Virus record (IMG/VR): IMGVR_UViG_3300045119_000159
Span: 1-58,837 of that record
DNA: 58,837 nt
Strand: one strand, 5' to 3'
Source: a virus
Lineage: Duplodnaviria > Caudoviricetes
Under the pieces are notes generated by a model. It was not told the origin of the DNA, searched no databases, and saw only the letters and a list, made by a program, of their open reading frames with translations. A program made the position numbers and the translations under genes. Positions within the stretch are counted from its first letter, which is position 1, and every line of letters begins with the position of its first letter. Below are positions 27,001 to 35,503 of this stretch, in pieces.

Positions 27001-28963
27001 TCCGCACGGTCGCCATGTCGGTTTTCAGATCCGGCGGAGCGCGCTCGTCAATGGCGTCCTTAGCCAACTCCTCAAGCCAAGCGTGACCCGTCTCATGGAT
27101 GAAGGTCGAGGCGTCAGCGTCTTTGAAAAGGGTGATTTCGGCCCTAGCGTCCTTCTCGGGATCAGCTAATCGGATTTTACCTCGTCGGGTTTGGGCGAAT
27201 TCTCGGGCTGGCTCTGCGGTTGCGGTGCCGCTGGCTTCTTCGATTTGGGCACGAACGCCACGCCCGGCGCGGATCGTTGGTGCCTCAGCTCGATAGAGAT
27301 CCTCTGCCGACCCCAGCGCACCGCCAAACCGCTCCGCCCGCGCCTCGTAATGCGCCTGGACAAGAGCGCCGGCAGCGTTCGCTTCCTCGACAGGACGGCC
27401 AGCCGCGACGAGTTGGCGGCTCACGTCGCCCGTAATGCCGCCTGGGATTGGCTCGGCTGGCGGCGTTGGTGCTGCGGCTTGGGCCTCCCTAAGAGCAATC
27501 CCCTCAAGTCGTCCCGCATTTTGGCCGACGCCCATATCGGCCCCTAATTCCGTCGCCCTTGTTTCGCTTAGGATTTTGCGCTCACGCTCATTGAGCAGCG
27601 CCAGCGCTTCTTCGCGTGTGTAGAATTTTCCGGTCTCGTCAGCAAATCCAGGCTCCCCGAATTGCTCTTTCGCAATTAGATCAGAATGCAACTCTCCAGG
27701 TTCGCCGATGTGAATTTTGCCAGTGCTGCTTATGTTTGCCACTCTAAGACGGGGAAGAGCAGGGACAGGCGGCGCTACAGGGGCCGGTTCAGGTGTCGGG
27801 GCTACCTCAGGTGCCGCCGGGGCTTCAGGGGCACCAGCGGGCTCCGCTGCGGCTTCCGGCAACTCTCCCGCTTCGGCTCGCCGATAGGCCGCCGATACCT
27901 CCGGCGCGAGGTCGCGCATCTGGTAGTCAAGTTCCTGTCGCGCCTGCCGAAGCCGGGCCATCTCCGGCGTGTCGCCTTCCTTCGGAAGCGCGTCGGCGAG
28001 AGAGGCCCGTTGCGTTTCCAGAGCCGTGATCTGGTTGGCTAGTCCCGCCCGATCGCCCCGCGCTGCCTCTAGCCTTTGGGCGCGCAATTGCTCGATCTGG
28101 CTGTCAAGCGCGGTAATTTCGGATGAGGTGCCCTTGTCGCGCTGCTCGGCGAGATCGTTGATGAAGCCGGTCAACGTTTGCTTATGGGCCGCCAGTTCGT
28201 CATAAACCGAAAACGTATCCGGCGCGATCTGGCGGGCGATGGCGTGAAGGTCTGGCGCGGGAGCAGAGCGCTCGGCAACCGCCGCCGCTCCAGTCGCCGC
28301 AATATCGGCATCACTCGTTGCCGCAGGCTCTGCGGTGCCTTCCCAATTCGGGTTAGCTGTCGGCGACACAACACGCTCGGTCGGCTCCTCGACCCCGGAA
28401 GGCGTCAATTCGAGACGGGCACGCGCGGATGCCGCAAGATCCTCTGCTGTAATTGGCACGGCCGCAGGCGGGGGTCTGACAGGGACGCGGGTCGGAAAGC
28501 CGGTCATATGCCCCGCCGGGAACGCTTCCATGCCCGCAGCAATCGGCCCGAGCACCGGAGCCTCGACGGCAGCCTCGTGAACAGCGCCCGGCAAGCGACT
28601 GAACAGGATATCGGCACCAGCTATGGCGGGGCGCAGCAACCCCTCGTTGAACCTCCGGATGATGCTGTTCTGGCCCTTCTCGTAATCGTTGAAGATGCCC
28701 CAATCCTTGAGGTTGCGCTCGGTTTCCGGGGATAATTCCGCCGAACCGCCCCAACCCTTGGGCAAGCCATAGCGCAACGCTGAACCGACCGAATCTGCGA
28801 AAGGCGGCTTGATCCACGAATTGCCAAGATCGTCGCCGGTCGGTCGCTTGTTCAGGATCTCGTCGAGTGTCGGCGGTTTTGGCGGCGCACCGAGGATCTG
28901 GTCGAGCGTCTGCGTCTGCGATGCTGTTGAGGGCGGTATCTCGCTATAAGGAATATCCGACAT
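24092..28963 (-). CDS. Large internal virion/DNA-ejection protein with HExxH domain
   Basis: 1623 aa, last of the ejection trio; ADASTFIHETGHAWLE...HEKFARGFERY; C-terminal TGSGP...GWKPYSIRIG. Confidence 0.85.
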   Translation of the reverse strand: MSDIPYSEIPPSTASQTQTLDQILGAPPKPPTLDEILNKRPTGDDLGNSWIKPPFADSVGSALRYGLPKGWGGSAELSPETERNLKDWGIFNDYEKGQNSIIRRFNEGLLRPAIAGADILFSRLPGAVHEAAVEAPVLGPIAAGMEAFPAGHMTGFPTRVPVRPPPAAVPITAEDLAASARARLELTPSGVEEPTERVVSPTANPNWEGTAEPAATSDADIAATGAAAVAERSAPAPDLHAIARQIAPDTFSVYDELAAHKQTLTGFINDLAEQRDKGTSSEITALDSQIEQLRAQRLEAARGDRAGLANQITALETQRASLADALPKEGDTPEMARLRQARQELDYQMRDLAPEVSAAYRRAEAGELPEAAAEPAGAPEAPAAPEVAPTPEPAPVAPPVPALPRLRVANISSTGKIHIGEPGELHSDLIAKEQFGEPGFADETGKFYTREEALALLNERERKILSETRATELGADMGVGQNAGRLEGIALREAQAAAPTPPAEPIPGGITGDVSRQLVAAGRPVEEANAAGALVQAHYEARAERFGGALGSAEDLYRAEAPTIRAGRGVRAQIEEASGTATAEPAREFAQTRRGKIRLADPEKDARAEITLFKDADASTFIHETGHAWLEELAKDAIDERAPPDLKTDMATVRNWLGVAEGEAIPTRAHEKFARGFERYMMEGHAPSTGLARVFEQFKDWLTKIYETVTRLRAPINDDIRGVFDRMLSTGKERPVIAPEREPTGTFADLHEADAATTPPPQAGEIAPLVRTERDSVGEAAHPEIEDERVSGRAPSEDGGGAAGGNVSGPSSPTGEPNAAPAGRVSEPRSVGEGGGNAAAEGNRLSEQRRSADAGPDTSGPAASRVGEVRTAWIHRLNTTQDAKSIILEMSARTQDFRDARFGQAAYQLYHDARAARLLVEDISQATVEAGTKWADSGSEADAVAYARTSQQLLMAAELYSEIKAGWGRAGHAFQRIDRIAAGQSVADYVKKITGRTLDQLTQERDLSQALPSADARADFIGETRATRWQKIRAAYLSYFINNLISGPITHGGYAVGNTNLALFKAVADTSASAAIDSFREMIAGKPLDNRVQWAEVPAQLYGAVRGWRDGWGAAGEALKTGVPYMKGAELITKAAEGVELPNAAQAISRPQAIPGRVGYVLETPSRAVTAIHTLFYSMGYEQEIARLAVRSAISNKLTGEAYNAHVAEFTQNPPMEAIEHAHNEALAMVLMKRPAFNSAMSNIQRAVNNNVVAKTVMPFMQIGANILDQAFVQHTPLAFASTAARNNLLATPMLDYLRGRNGTVAQSLQYGKIASGVMLSTAVIGLTAEQILTGSGPSDPRERMRLELTGWKPYSIRIGDHYYPYRKLIGPLGALVGGVANMYEVAHTAGTGEYAQAASAAIFGFSQVVADETWLRGLSDFINAARNWDKDGGRYLRNLGADFVPFAIGMGQMAQLIDPYQREVHSFTDAVKNKIPVLRQTLETRNDIYGEPITQHTMVGPSAVVNDPVTNALIRLDIPVAPITRKIDGVGLNDQQYYELTQTAGRLMKMRLDNIVGGANFTNLPEASQRDVITKTIEASRKQARALILHQNLDIGEAARAAQRAYREGASHKQKLEMLKAH

Positions 28964-31734
28964 CAGGGTATCGCGATCGGCGCGACCGGGCCTGCCGGTG
29001 CGGGCTGTTGGTCAAGGAATTTGATCCCGAGGCGGGTTAACGCCTGGGCAGCCTGATCCCTGGTAATTTCCTTGGCCTGATATAGCGCGGCTATGCCCTC
29101 CTTTGTTTTCATTTCTGGCTTACCCTGGATCTTCTCGGCCATCTGCCGCGCGGCGATCTGATCCTGATAGGGCTTGCCGAGCCAATCTGGGCTCGATGGG
29201 TTGAACAGATCGTTGGGGTTTTGCTTCGCCGCATACTTTTGCGCGATATGCTGGTCGATGTCCCAACTCATGTTGTATCGCTGGGTGAGCGCCGCCTGAT
29301 CGTTGCGATCCATCGGCATGACGAGTTGCAGGAATTCCTTCTTGCGCTCAGCAAGTGCCGGATCGCGTTTCTTCAGCTCGTCGATGCTCTGCGTCAGTTT
29401 GGCGACGCCAGCCATACTGAGATCCTGGGTGCCGTCCGGTTTCGGCTGGGCCATCGCATAAACCTGCGAGGGGTCGCGGATCTTCGCGGGATCGCTCTCG
29501 TCAAGCGTGAGCCGTCCATAGGCCTCATAGAATTTCGGGCCGTAGGTTACGAGATCGCCTGCGGCGGTGTGCTTGGCGTGCTGCTCGACAAGACGGGAGA
29601 GATTTTCCAGGGTCGGCCCGTCAAGGCGTTTGTCGGCCAGCATCCTGTCGATGAGATCGGGCGGGGCTCCCCCTGGCTTCAGGGCCTCGCGCACATAGTC
29701 GGAACTCGCGGCGTTGCGCGCTTCCGTCAGGGCCTTCATCTGCCCGGTCAGCACCAGCGTCTTTCTGCGGTATTCGTTCTCTGCCAGCTTGGTGGCATGA
29801 TCAAAAGCGACCGGATTGGCGACAGCAGCCGGATCGGCACCGATCCGTTCGAGCTTCTGTGCGTACTGCTGGTCGGCGATTTGCTGCGCGGCGGCGATGT
29901 CGCTAACACCGGGCGCTGGGAGGCCGGGCGGCTGTGCCGCCGGAGCTGCCGGCGTTGCTCCTAGCTGGCCCGGCGCGGGGATCTGCTGATCGGCGCTCGG
30001 CAAACCCCCACCAGCAGGCGGTGCAGCAGGCATTGCTGCCTGCGCTTGCTGCAACACTGCCTTGGGATCGCTCGAATGGATGCCGTCAGACGCCACCTTC
30101 GCCAGCGGGCCGGCAAAGGTCGCTCCATTCTGAGTCGCGATCTGGGCGAGCTGGTCGTTTGCCCCCTTCAGCTTGTCGGCGGTCCCAACGCCCAATACCG
30201 TAACGCTCGCCGCCCCTCGGGATTTCAGAGTCTGGATCTGGCTGACTACCTGATCGATCTGACCGGGATTGTTCGAGACGCCGGTCGAGAGAACGACGTT
30301 GCGACCTTGAATGTTCTGGACTGGCGTCGAACTAATGACGCCAAGTACGTCGGTCGGGCCAAACCCGGAAACCGCCGTATCGCCGGGATTGAAGACGCCG
30401 ACTTTGCCGGATTCCTGCCCCGCCACTCCAGCTTTGCGGATCAGATGCGCGGTGATGCTGTCGCCGATCGCGACGGGCTCCGCGTTGGCAAGGCTGGCAG
30501 CCGATAGCTCTCCTGGCGCTTGGCTGCTGCTGCCCGCGCCTTGCGCCAATTTCGCCTGACCGAGACGGGTCAGGACATTCCTGACATAACCAGAAGTAGT
30601 TGATATGCCGTCTGTTTTATCGGAGATCCACGGCGTCGGGCTGCCTTCCGGGGCAACGTTACCGGGACCGGAGAAATAAGCGACCGCGACCCGCGCCGGA
30701 TCGCCGTTGTAGGTTTTTGTGTATTGGTCGATGAGCCTGTTGGCGACGTTCACTCGGTCGCTCTCATTCGCATAGCTTTCGCCTGCTTGTTTGTTCTCGT
30801 TGAAAGTGGATTCAATGATCTGCGCTCGCCCGCTCGCGCCCTTGTAGCTGACCGCGTTCGGGCCTGAACCTTCCGTGCCGAAGATCGCCGAGCCGATTGC
30901 CGACGATCCAGCGGCGCTGGATGTCTTGTCACCGGATTCCACGCCACCCGCACGCTGGAATATCTGCGCGCCGAGTTGCGCACTACCCGCGTTAGTGGCC
31001 CTGATCTGCAACCGCTCCAAAGCGACCGGATCGATCTTGTCCCGGTTCGCCTCCAGGAACGCGGTGGCCTCGCTACCCCTGCCTTGCTGAATCAAGCGAT
31101 CGGCGCGACCCTCGTAAAGCTGGTTCTGCGCCCCCTTCGTAAAGGCGTATTTCTCGGTTGGTTCCAGTGCGCCATAACCGCTCCCGTACTGCCCAAGCGT
31201 CTCGATCGCCATCTGCGCATTTGGCAAGGCCATCGGGTCGTCTGAGCCAACCGCGTTTCTTACCGCCGCATCTCTCTGCGCAAAAATATCGGCCTTCGCC
31301 TGATTGCGCCCGAGAATGGTGTTCTGCGTGTCGGCCGTAGTCTGGAGCCCAGCGATCGTCCTGGCGTGCGTCGCCATCCACATCTGCTTACGCAGCGGGT
31401 TGTCGATAGCGTTCGCAGACGACTCCAGCATCTTCTGCGCTTGCGCCCTCAGTTCAGCGACTCTGGCCGGGTCGGTTTCCTTCTTGATCTGCGCTTCTAA
31501 CGGCGTGATCCCATTGAACAGATTAACCGTCGCCATCGACTCGTTGAGCTTGTCCCGCGCGAGCGTCTGATAGAGATCGGCATCCGACGCAGCGATGCCC
31601 GCCTTCTGGATACCAGTCCCAAGTGCCGCTTCGCCCTCGGCGACGGGATCTTCCGGCCGGAATTGCGGCAGCCCACCCGTGTTGCGCGGATCGTCGAAGC
31701 CAAGCTGAGCGAAGTTCGGCAGGGTGATGCCCAT
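28963..31734 (-). CDS. Internal virion protein with lytic transglycosylase and SGNH-like domains
   Basis: TEGSG..AVS.KGASGRAQII..TF...AVAYFSGPG; IGDSI...TGVSN...DGIH. Confidence 0.82.
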   Translation of the reverse strand: MGITLPNFAQLGFDDPRNTGGLPQFRPEDPVAEGEAALGTGIQKAGIAASDADLYQTLARDKLNESMATVNLFNGITPLEAQIKKETDPARVAELRAQAQKMLESSANAIDNPLRKQMWMATHARTIAGLQTTADTQNTILGRNQAKADIFAQRDAAVRNAVGSDDPMALPNAQMAIETLGQYGSGYGALEPTEKYAFTKGAQNQLYEGRADRLIQQGRGSEATAFLEANRDKIDPVALERLQIRATNAGSAQLGAQIFQRAGGVESGDKTSSAAGSSAIGSAIFGTEGSGPNAVSYKGASGRAQIIESTFNENKQAGESYANESDRVNVANRLIDQYTKTYNGDPARVAVAYFSGPGNVAPEGSPTPWISDKTDGISTTSGYVRNVLTRLGQAKLAQGAGSSSQAPGELSAASLANAEPVAIGDSITAHLIRKAGVAGQESGKVGVFNPGDTAVSGFGPTDVLGVISSTPVQNIQGRNVVLSTGVSNNPGQIDQVVSQIQTLKSRGAASVTVLGVGTADKLKGANDQLAQIATQNGATFAGPLAKVASDGIHSSDPKAVLQQAQAAMPAAPPAGGGLPSADQQIPAPGQLGATPAAPAAQPPGLPAPGVSDIAAAQQIADQQYAQKLERIGADPAAVANPVAFDHATKLAENEYRRKTLVLTGQMKALTEARNAASSDYVREALKPGGAPPDLIDRMLADKRLDGPTLENLSRLVEQHAKHTAAGDLVTYGPKFYEAYGRLTLDESDPAKIRDPSQVYAMAQPKPDGTQDLSMAGVAKLTQSIDELKKRDPALAERKKEFLQLVMPMDRNDQAALTQRYNMSWDIDQHIAQKYAAKQNPNDLFNPSSPDWLGKPYQDQIAARQMAEKIQGKPEMKTKEGIAALYQAKEITRDQAAQALTRLGIKFLDQQPAPAGPVAPIAIP

Positions 31735-32432
31735 CAGAACCCGCTATATCCGCCGCCGAGCGAATAGTATTTCAGCCTGGACCGATTGGTGGCGAAGCTC
31801 GATATGCCCGACAGCAGCGTCCCAGCAGCGGTCAAGGGTGCCGCCGACTCGATGCGGTTGGCATTGAACAGGTCGATGCTGGCCTGATACTGATCGGAAC
31901 GGGATTTCTGCTGCCCTTCATAAAAGGCCGATTGCGCATTGTAGGTTCCCTGCTGGGCGATCTGCCCCTCAGTGTTCAGTACGTCCGGGCTCGTTGCCTC
32001 GGTGCCAGATCCCGCCGCCAGTGCCCGGCTGCGAGACAGCGCCAGATCCGTCTGCCGACTGCGTGTGATCTGGGTGCGTTCCGCCGTCGCCGCATCTACG
32101 TTGGCCTGATCTTTCAGCGCTTGCGCATTGGCCCTCTGCACCGCTGCCGCGTAGGCGGCTTGATCCATGCCGGCATTGGCCGAGAGCAATGTGCCGCCAA
32201 GTGATGCCGCTGTGCCAACCTCGCCGAGACCAATGCCGGTCCCGAGAATGCCTGAGGAGGTGGTTGCCGCAGGCGCGAATGCACCAAACCCACCAAGGTC
32301 CAAAGCCGCCGGCAACGAAAACGCCGCCGCACTCTCCCCGCCAGCAAGTCCCGCTGCCGCCAACGCCTCGGTGACGCCAAAATCAATCTGGCACAGGCTC
32401 GGCGGCGTCCATTCCAGCCAGCGATCAAACAT
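31734..32432 (-). CDS. Internal virion protein (T7 gp14-like)
   Basis: Ala/Gly-rich hydrophobic ends, RALAAGSG motif; position. Confidence 0.75.
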   Translation of the reverse strand: MFDRWLEWTPPSLCQIDFGVTEALAAAGLAGGESAAAFSLPAALDLGGFGAFAPAATTSSGILGTGIGLGEVGTAASLGGTLLSANAGMDQAAYAAAVQRANAQALKDQANVDAATAERTQITRSRQTDLALSRSRALAAGSGTEATSPDVLNTEGQIAQQGTYNAQSAFYEGQQKSRSDQYQASIDLFNANRIESAAPLTAAGTLLSGISSFATNRSRLKYYSLGGGYSGF

Positions 32433-32835
32433 CGACCAGCCTTAACGACCAATGCCTGACATCGCCGTCGTTATAGAGCTCGGGATCGATCGAGAAGCCG
32501 AGCCGTCGCAGCCATTTCTCCGCCTTCGGCAGTTTCCGGTCGCACCCCACATACAGAACCGGCTCCCCAGCCACTCTCAGGGCCGCCAGCGTGCGTTTCG
32601 CGGTACGGTGCATCAACAGGGCCGGGAGGGGCTTCTTCGCGTCCAGCGAACCCCACGCCTCGGATCTGAAAGTCCCATCAGGAAGCCGGCGGACGACATG
32701 ATGCACGATCCCCATGCCGACAATCTCGCCATCTTCTTCGTAGGCCAGCCCGAACCATATTTCCGGCGGTTCGCGTCCGTAAAACCGGAGAAAATCATCC
32801 TTGCTGGCGAGGCGGGGTCGATTCGTTCGGCTCAT
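32425..32835 (-). CDS. GNAT-like protein (T7 gp13-like position)
   Basis: IVGMG...AEKWLRRLGF; follows tail tubular B. Confidence 0.7.
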   Translation of the reverse strand: MSRTNRPRLASKDDFLRFYGREPPEIWFGLAYEEDGEIVGMGIVHHVVRRLPDGTFRSEAWGSLDAKKPLPALLMHRTAKRTLAALRVAGEPVLYVGCDRKLPKAEKWLRRLGFSIDPELYNDGDVRHWSLRLVDV

Positions 32836-35503
32836 TGGTTTCCATGTCGAGAACAAGCCCCTTGATCGTGCAGGGGTAAGGCGACTGCACCTGAAAGCAA
32901 ACCCGGCTGTCGGAATCCCACCCGCCATTGAACGAAGAAGGTATGTCGTCCCATTCGGTCAGAACTTCCGCCGCTCCCAGAGGGCGACCCTTGTAGGTGG
33001 GAGGAAGGCCGGTCATGTGAGCAAAATCCCGCCCAAAACTGAAGCCATGCCAAGCTACATCGGCGAGCATGAAGCCCACTCTGGCGACCCGCTTTGTCAT
33101 CGTCAGGGCGGTTCCGTGTTCTGCTCCGTAGGCCAGCTTCACGGTCTGCAATTGAGCGGTATACGGAAGACCTGAAACGATGTTCGAGGCGGCGGGGCCG
33201 GGGAGCACGGCAAAGCCCGTGCCATTGGTTGTAACCGGCGCATCCGGCGGGATACGCACTCCGCCATCAGCCCACGTGACAATCGGGGTATTAGGAAGAT
33301 GCGCGGCAGCTATCGTGTTGGTGGATGCGCCTGTTTGGACGACATGGCAATCCAGGGTCTTGTTCAGTATCCCTCCAACACATTCCGTCCGCTTCGCCAA
33401 TCGTTCGATAAAGCGCACGGTAGAACTATTGATCGTGCGGTTGACGATGAAATAGACCTCATCCTCGTCGGTGCCGGGAAGCACCGCGACATCCTCGAAC
33501 AGCCCCGGTGTCGTGACCGGCACCCACGCCGCGACATCATCCTCCTTCTCATAGGTCAGAACCGCGCACGTTCCGTCCTTCAGAACGAACCACACCCGCG
33601 TATCGGGCTGACGCTGCACCGCCACGGACTTAACCCCGGCCGCGCACATTTCCTGCTTGAGGCGGGTCAACTCGCGGCTTTTGTAGTCCCCGAGAGTAAA
33701 TTCGTAGGCGAGTTCAAAAACCCGTTGGTCGTTGCGCTCGACAAAGATGCCGTAGATGTCCACCTTCACCGCCCGCACTCTCGCCGCGCCTCTTGTCGAG
33801 CAAGTGCGGGCAACGAATTGCGTCGGGGTCAGCGGTTCATCGAAGGCCGAGGCTCTGATTGAGATTTCCTGTGCTGCCGTCCCCGCGATCAATCGTTGCA
33901 GCGATAGCAGCCATCGACCGCCATCCTGCCCGCCCGTAGCTATGGTGCGGCTGATCGGGGCGGAATCGCCGATTACCGTATCGTCGAATGAAGCGAAGGC
34001 ATCCGACACCGATCCGTCGATGTTTATGCCTGTCTGCCAGAACAGCCGCCCGTCATGCAACGCCACAGCCGAGGGAAAACCCCGGTAGAGCGACCACTTC
34101 CCTTCCGACCAATCATTTGTCGCCGTGGTCGCGCCGAATTGCACCAGCACATCGACGTTGGCGGTCTGATTATTGACAATATCCGTCACTCGGCAAATGC
34201 CGGCCTGCACCGAGCCCGCAAAACTTATCACGCAGTCTGCCGAACCGCTGACGTAATTACCGGTCTTGATGCCGAGCCGGTAGAAGACGATCTGGTTGTC
34301 GAGTCCGTCCTTGAACGTCTTCGATGTCGGAACGGTATAACTCTCGACATCCTGCCACGCACCGATTACCCCAAACGACCGTTGCAAGGTTACTGTCGCG
34401 TTGAACGTCCCGCCGACCGTGATGCTGAAAATACGCCCATCGGTTATTCCCGAAACACGAATTGCCCCGGTGAATGTGTTCTGCGCCGCCAAGGAAGCCG
34501 TTGCGGTCTGGCCGGAATGCGTCAGCCGGAACAGCGCGCCGACATGGCCGGATTTGAAATATGGCCGGGAAGCGATCAGCGTCGGATGCCCGACAACCCC
34601 AGATGGCGTCAGGCTGACATCGGTTATGTTGGCGAGGCGAAAAGGTCCATCGAGAGCGTAATACGCACCGACCCCCCAGCTATGGGAATCGGAACTCCTG
34701 CGCTCGATCCTGTATTGCCGGATCGTCTTGCCGCCCGCGACAAAGAGCACGTCGCTCGATTGGTCGTAGAAGATGTTAGCCAGATCGCCCGTGTTCCACG
34801 GCGTCGGGATCTCGACGATGCCGCTTGCCTCTATCGTAACCGAACTCAGATAGCAGCCGTAAGTCTGCTGCGCCCCGATCCTGATCCAGAAATTGCCCGA
34901 TGGCGTGAAGGAGAGGCTGTAAGCGCCCTCGGCTAGAAGCTGGGCATCGACGTAGGTATTATCGCCCTGCACCGTGCCGATCTGGACCCGTAGCGGACCT
35001 CTTGACGTGACGACCCTAACGCCATGCTCGACGCCCACATTGCCGCAGACGATCTGCTGATCGATCTGGGCGTAGTTCGTGCCCGTACCGATAAATTGAA
35101 CACTGCCGGCTGACGACCAAGTTGTAGCCGCGCCAGCCTCGTCCGAGATCGTCCAGCCAGCGATATTGGCCGGAAACGTGCCGTTGGTGACAGCCGCCGT
35201 AACTGCCGGGCGTGTCAGGTAGGCTCCGTTGATCATGATCCGCATGATGAGCGGCGTCAGGACTAGAAGCGCCTTGGTCACTTCGTCGAAATAAAATTCG
35301 ATGAACTTCCCAGCGAGGTCGGACTTGGTGTGGTCTAGGAATTGGGTTCCGGGTCTCATCTGACATGGACCCAAAACGTGCGGCAGAAAATTGGTCTGAA
35401 CTTGGGTCGCCACCCGCAGCTTCGCCAGATCGGCGCGAGCGAGAGCGAGTCGGGAGACCTCGCCACTATTCAACGAGGCGATAAGCGTATCTGTTGCGGC
35501 CAC
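32795..35503 (-). CDS. Tail tubular protein B (nozzle)
   Basis: SLNSGEVS, NFLP..GP...RPGT, QSSDVLF, FPSAVALHDGRL motifs; 902 aa. Confidence 0.9.
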   Translation of the reverse strand: MAATDTLIASLNSGEVSRLALARADLAKLRVATQVQTNFLPHVLGPCQMRPGTQFLDHTKSDLAGKFIEFYFDEVTKALLVLTPLIMRIMINGAYLTRPAVTAAVTNGTFPANIAGWTISDEAGAATTWSSAGSVQFIGTGTNYAQIDQQIVCGNVGVEHGVRVVTSRGPLRVQIGTVQGDNTYVDAQLLAEGAYSLSFTPSGNFWIRIGAQQTYGCYLSSVTIEASGIVEIPTPWNTGDLANIFYDQSSDVLFVAGGKTIRQYRIERRSSDSHSWGVGAYYALDGPFRLANITDVSLTPSGVVGHPTLIASRPYFKSGHVGALFRLTHSGQTATASLAAQNTFTGAIRVSGITDGRIFSITVGGTFNATVTLQRSFGVIGAWQDVESYTVPTSKTFKDGLDNQIVFYRLGIKTGNYVSGSADCVISFAGSVQAGICRVTDIVNNQTANVDVLVQFGATTATNDWSEGKWSLYRGFPSAVALHDGRLFWQTGINIDGSVSDAFASFDDTVIGDSAPISRTIATGGQDGGRWLLSLQRLIAGTAAQEISIRASAFDEPLTPTQFVARTCSTRGAARVRAVKVDIYGIFVERNDQRVFELAYEFTLGDYKSRELTRLKQEMCAAGVKSVAVQRQPDTRVWFVLKDGTCAVLTYEKEDDVAAWVPVTTPGLFEDVAVLPGTDEDEVYFIVNRTINSSTVRFIERLAKRTECVGGILNKTLDCHVVQTGASTNTIAAAHLPNTPIVTWADGGVRIPPDAPVTTNGTGFAVLPGPAASNIVSGLPYTAQLQTVKLAYGAEHGTALTMTKRVARVGFMLADVAWHGFSFGRDFAHMTGLPPTYKGRPLGAAEVLTEWDDIPSSFNGGWDSDSRVCFQVQSPYPCTIKGLVLDMETNEPNESTPPRQQG

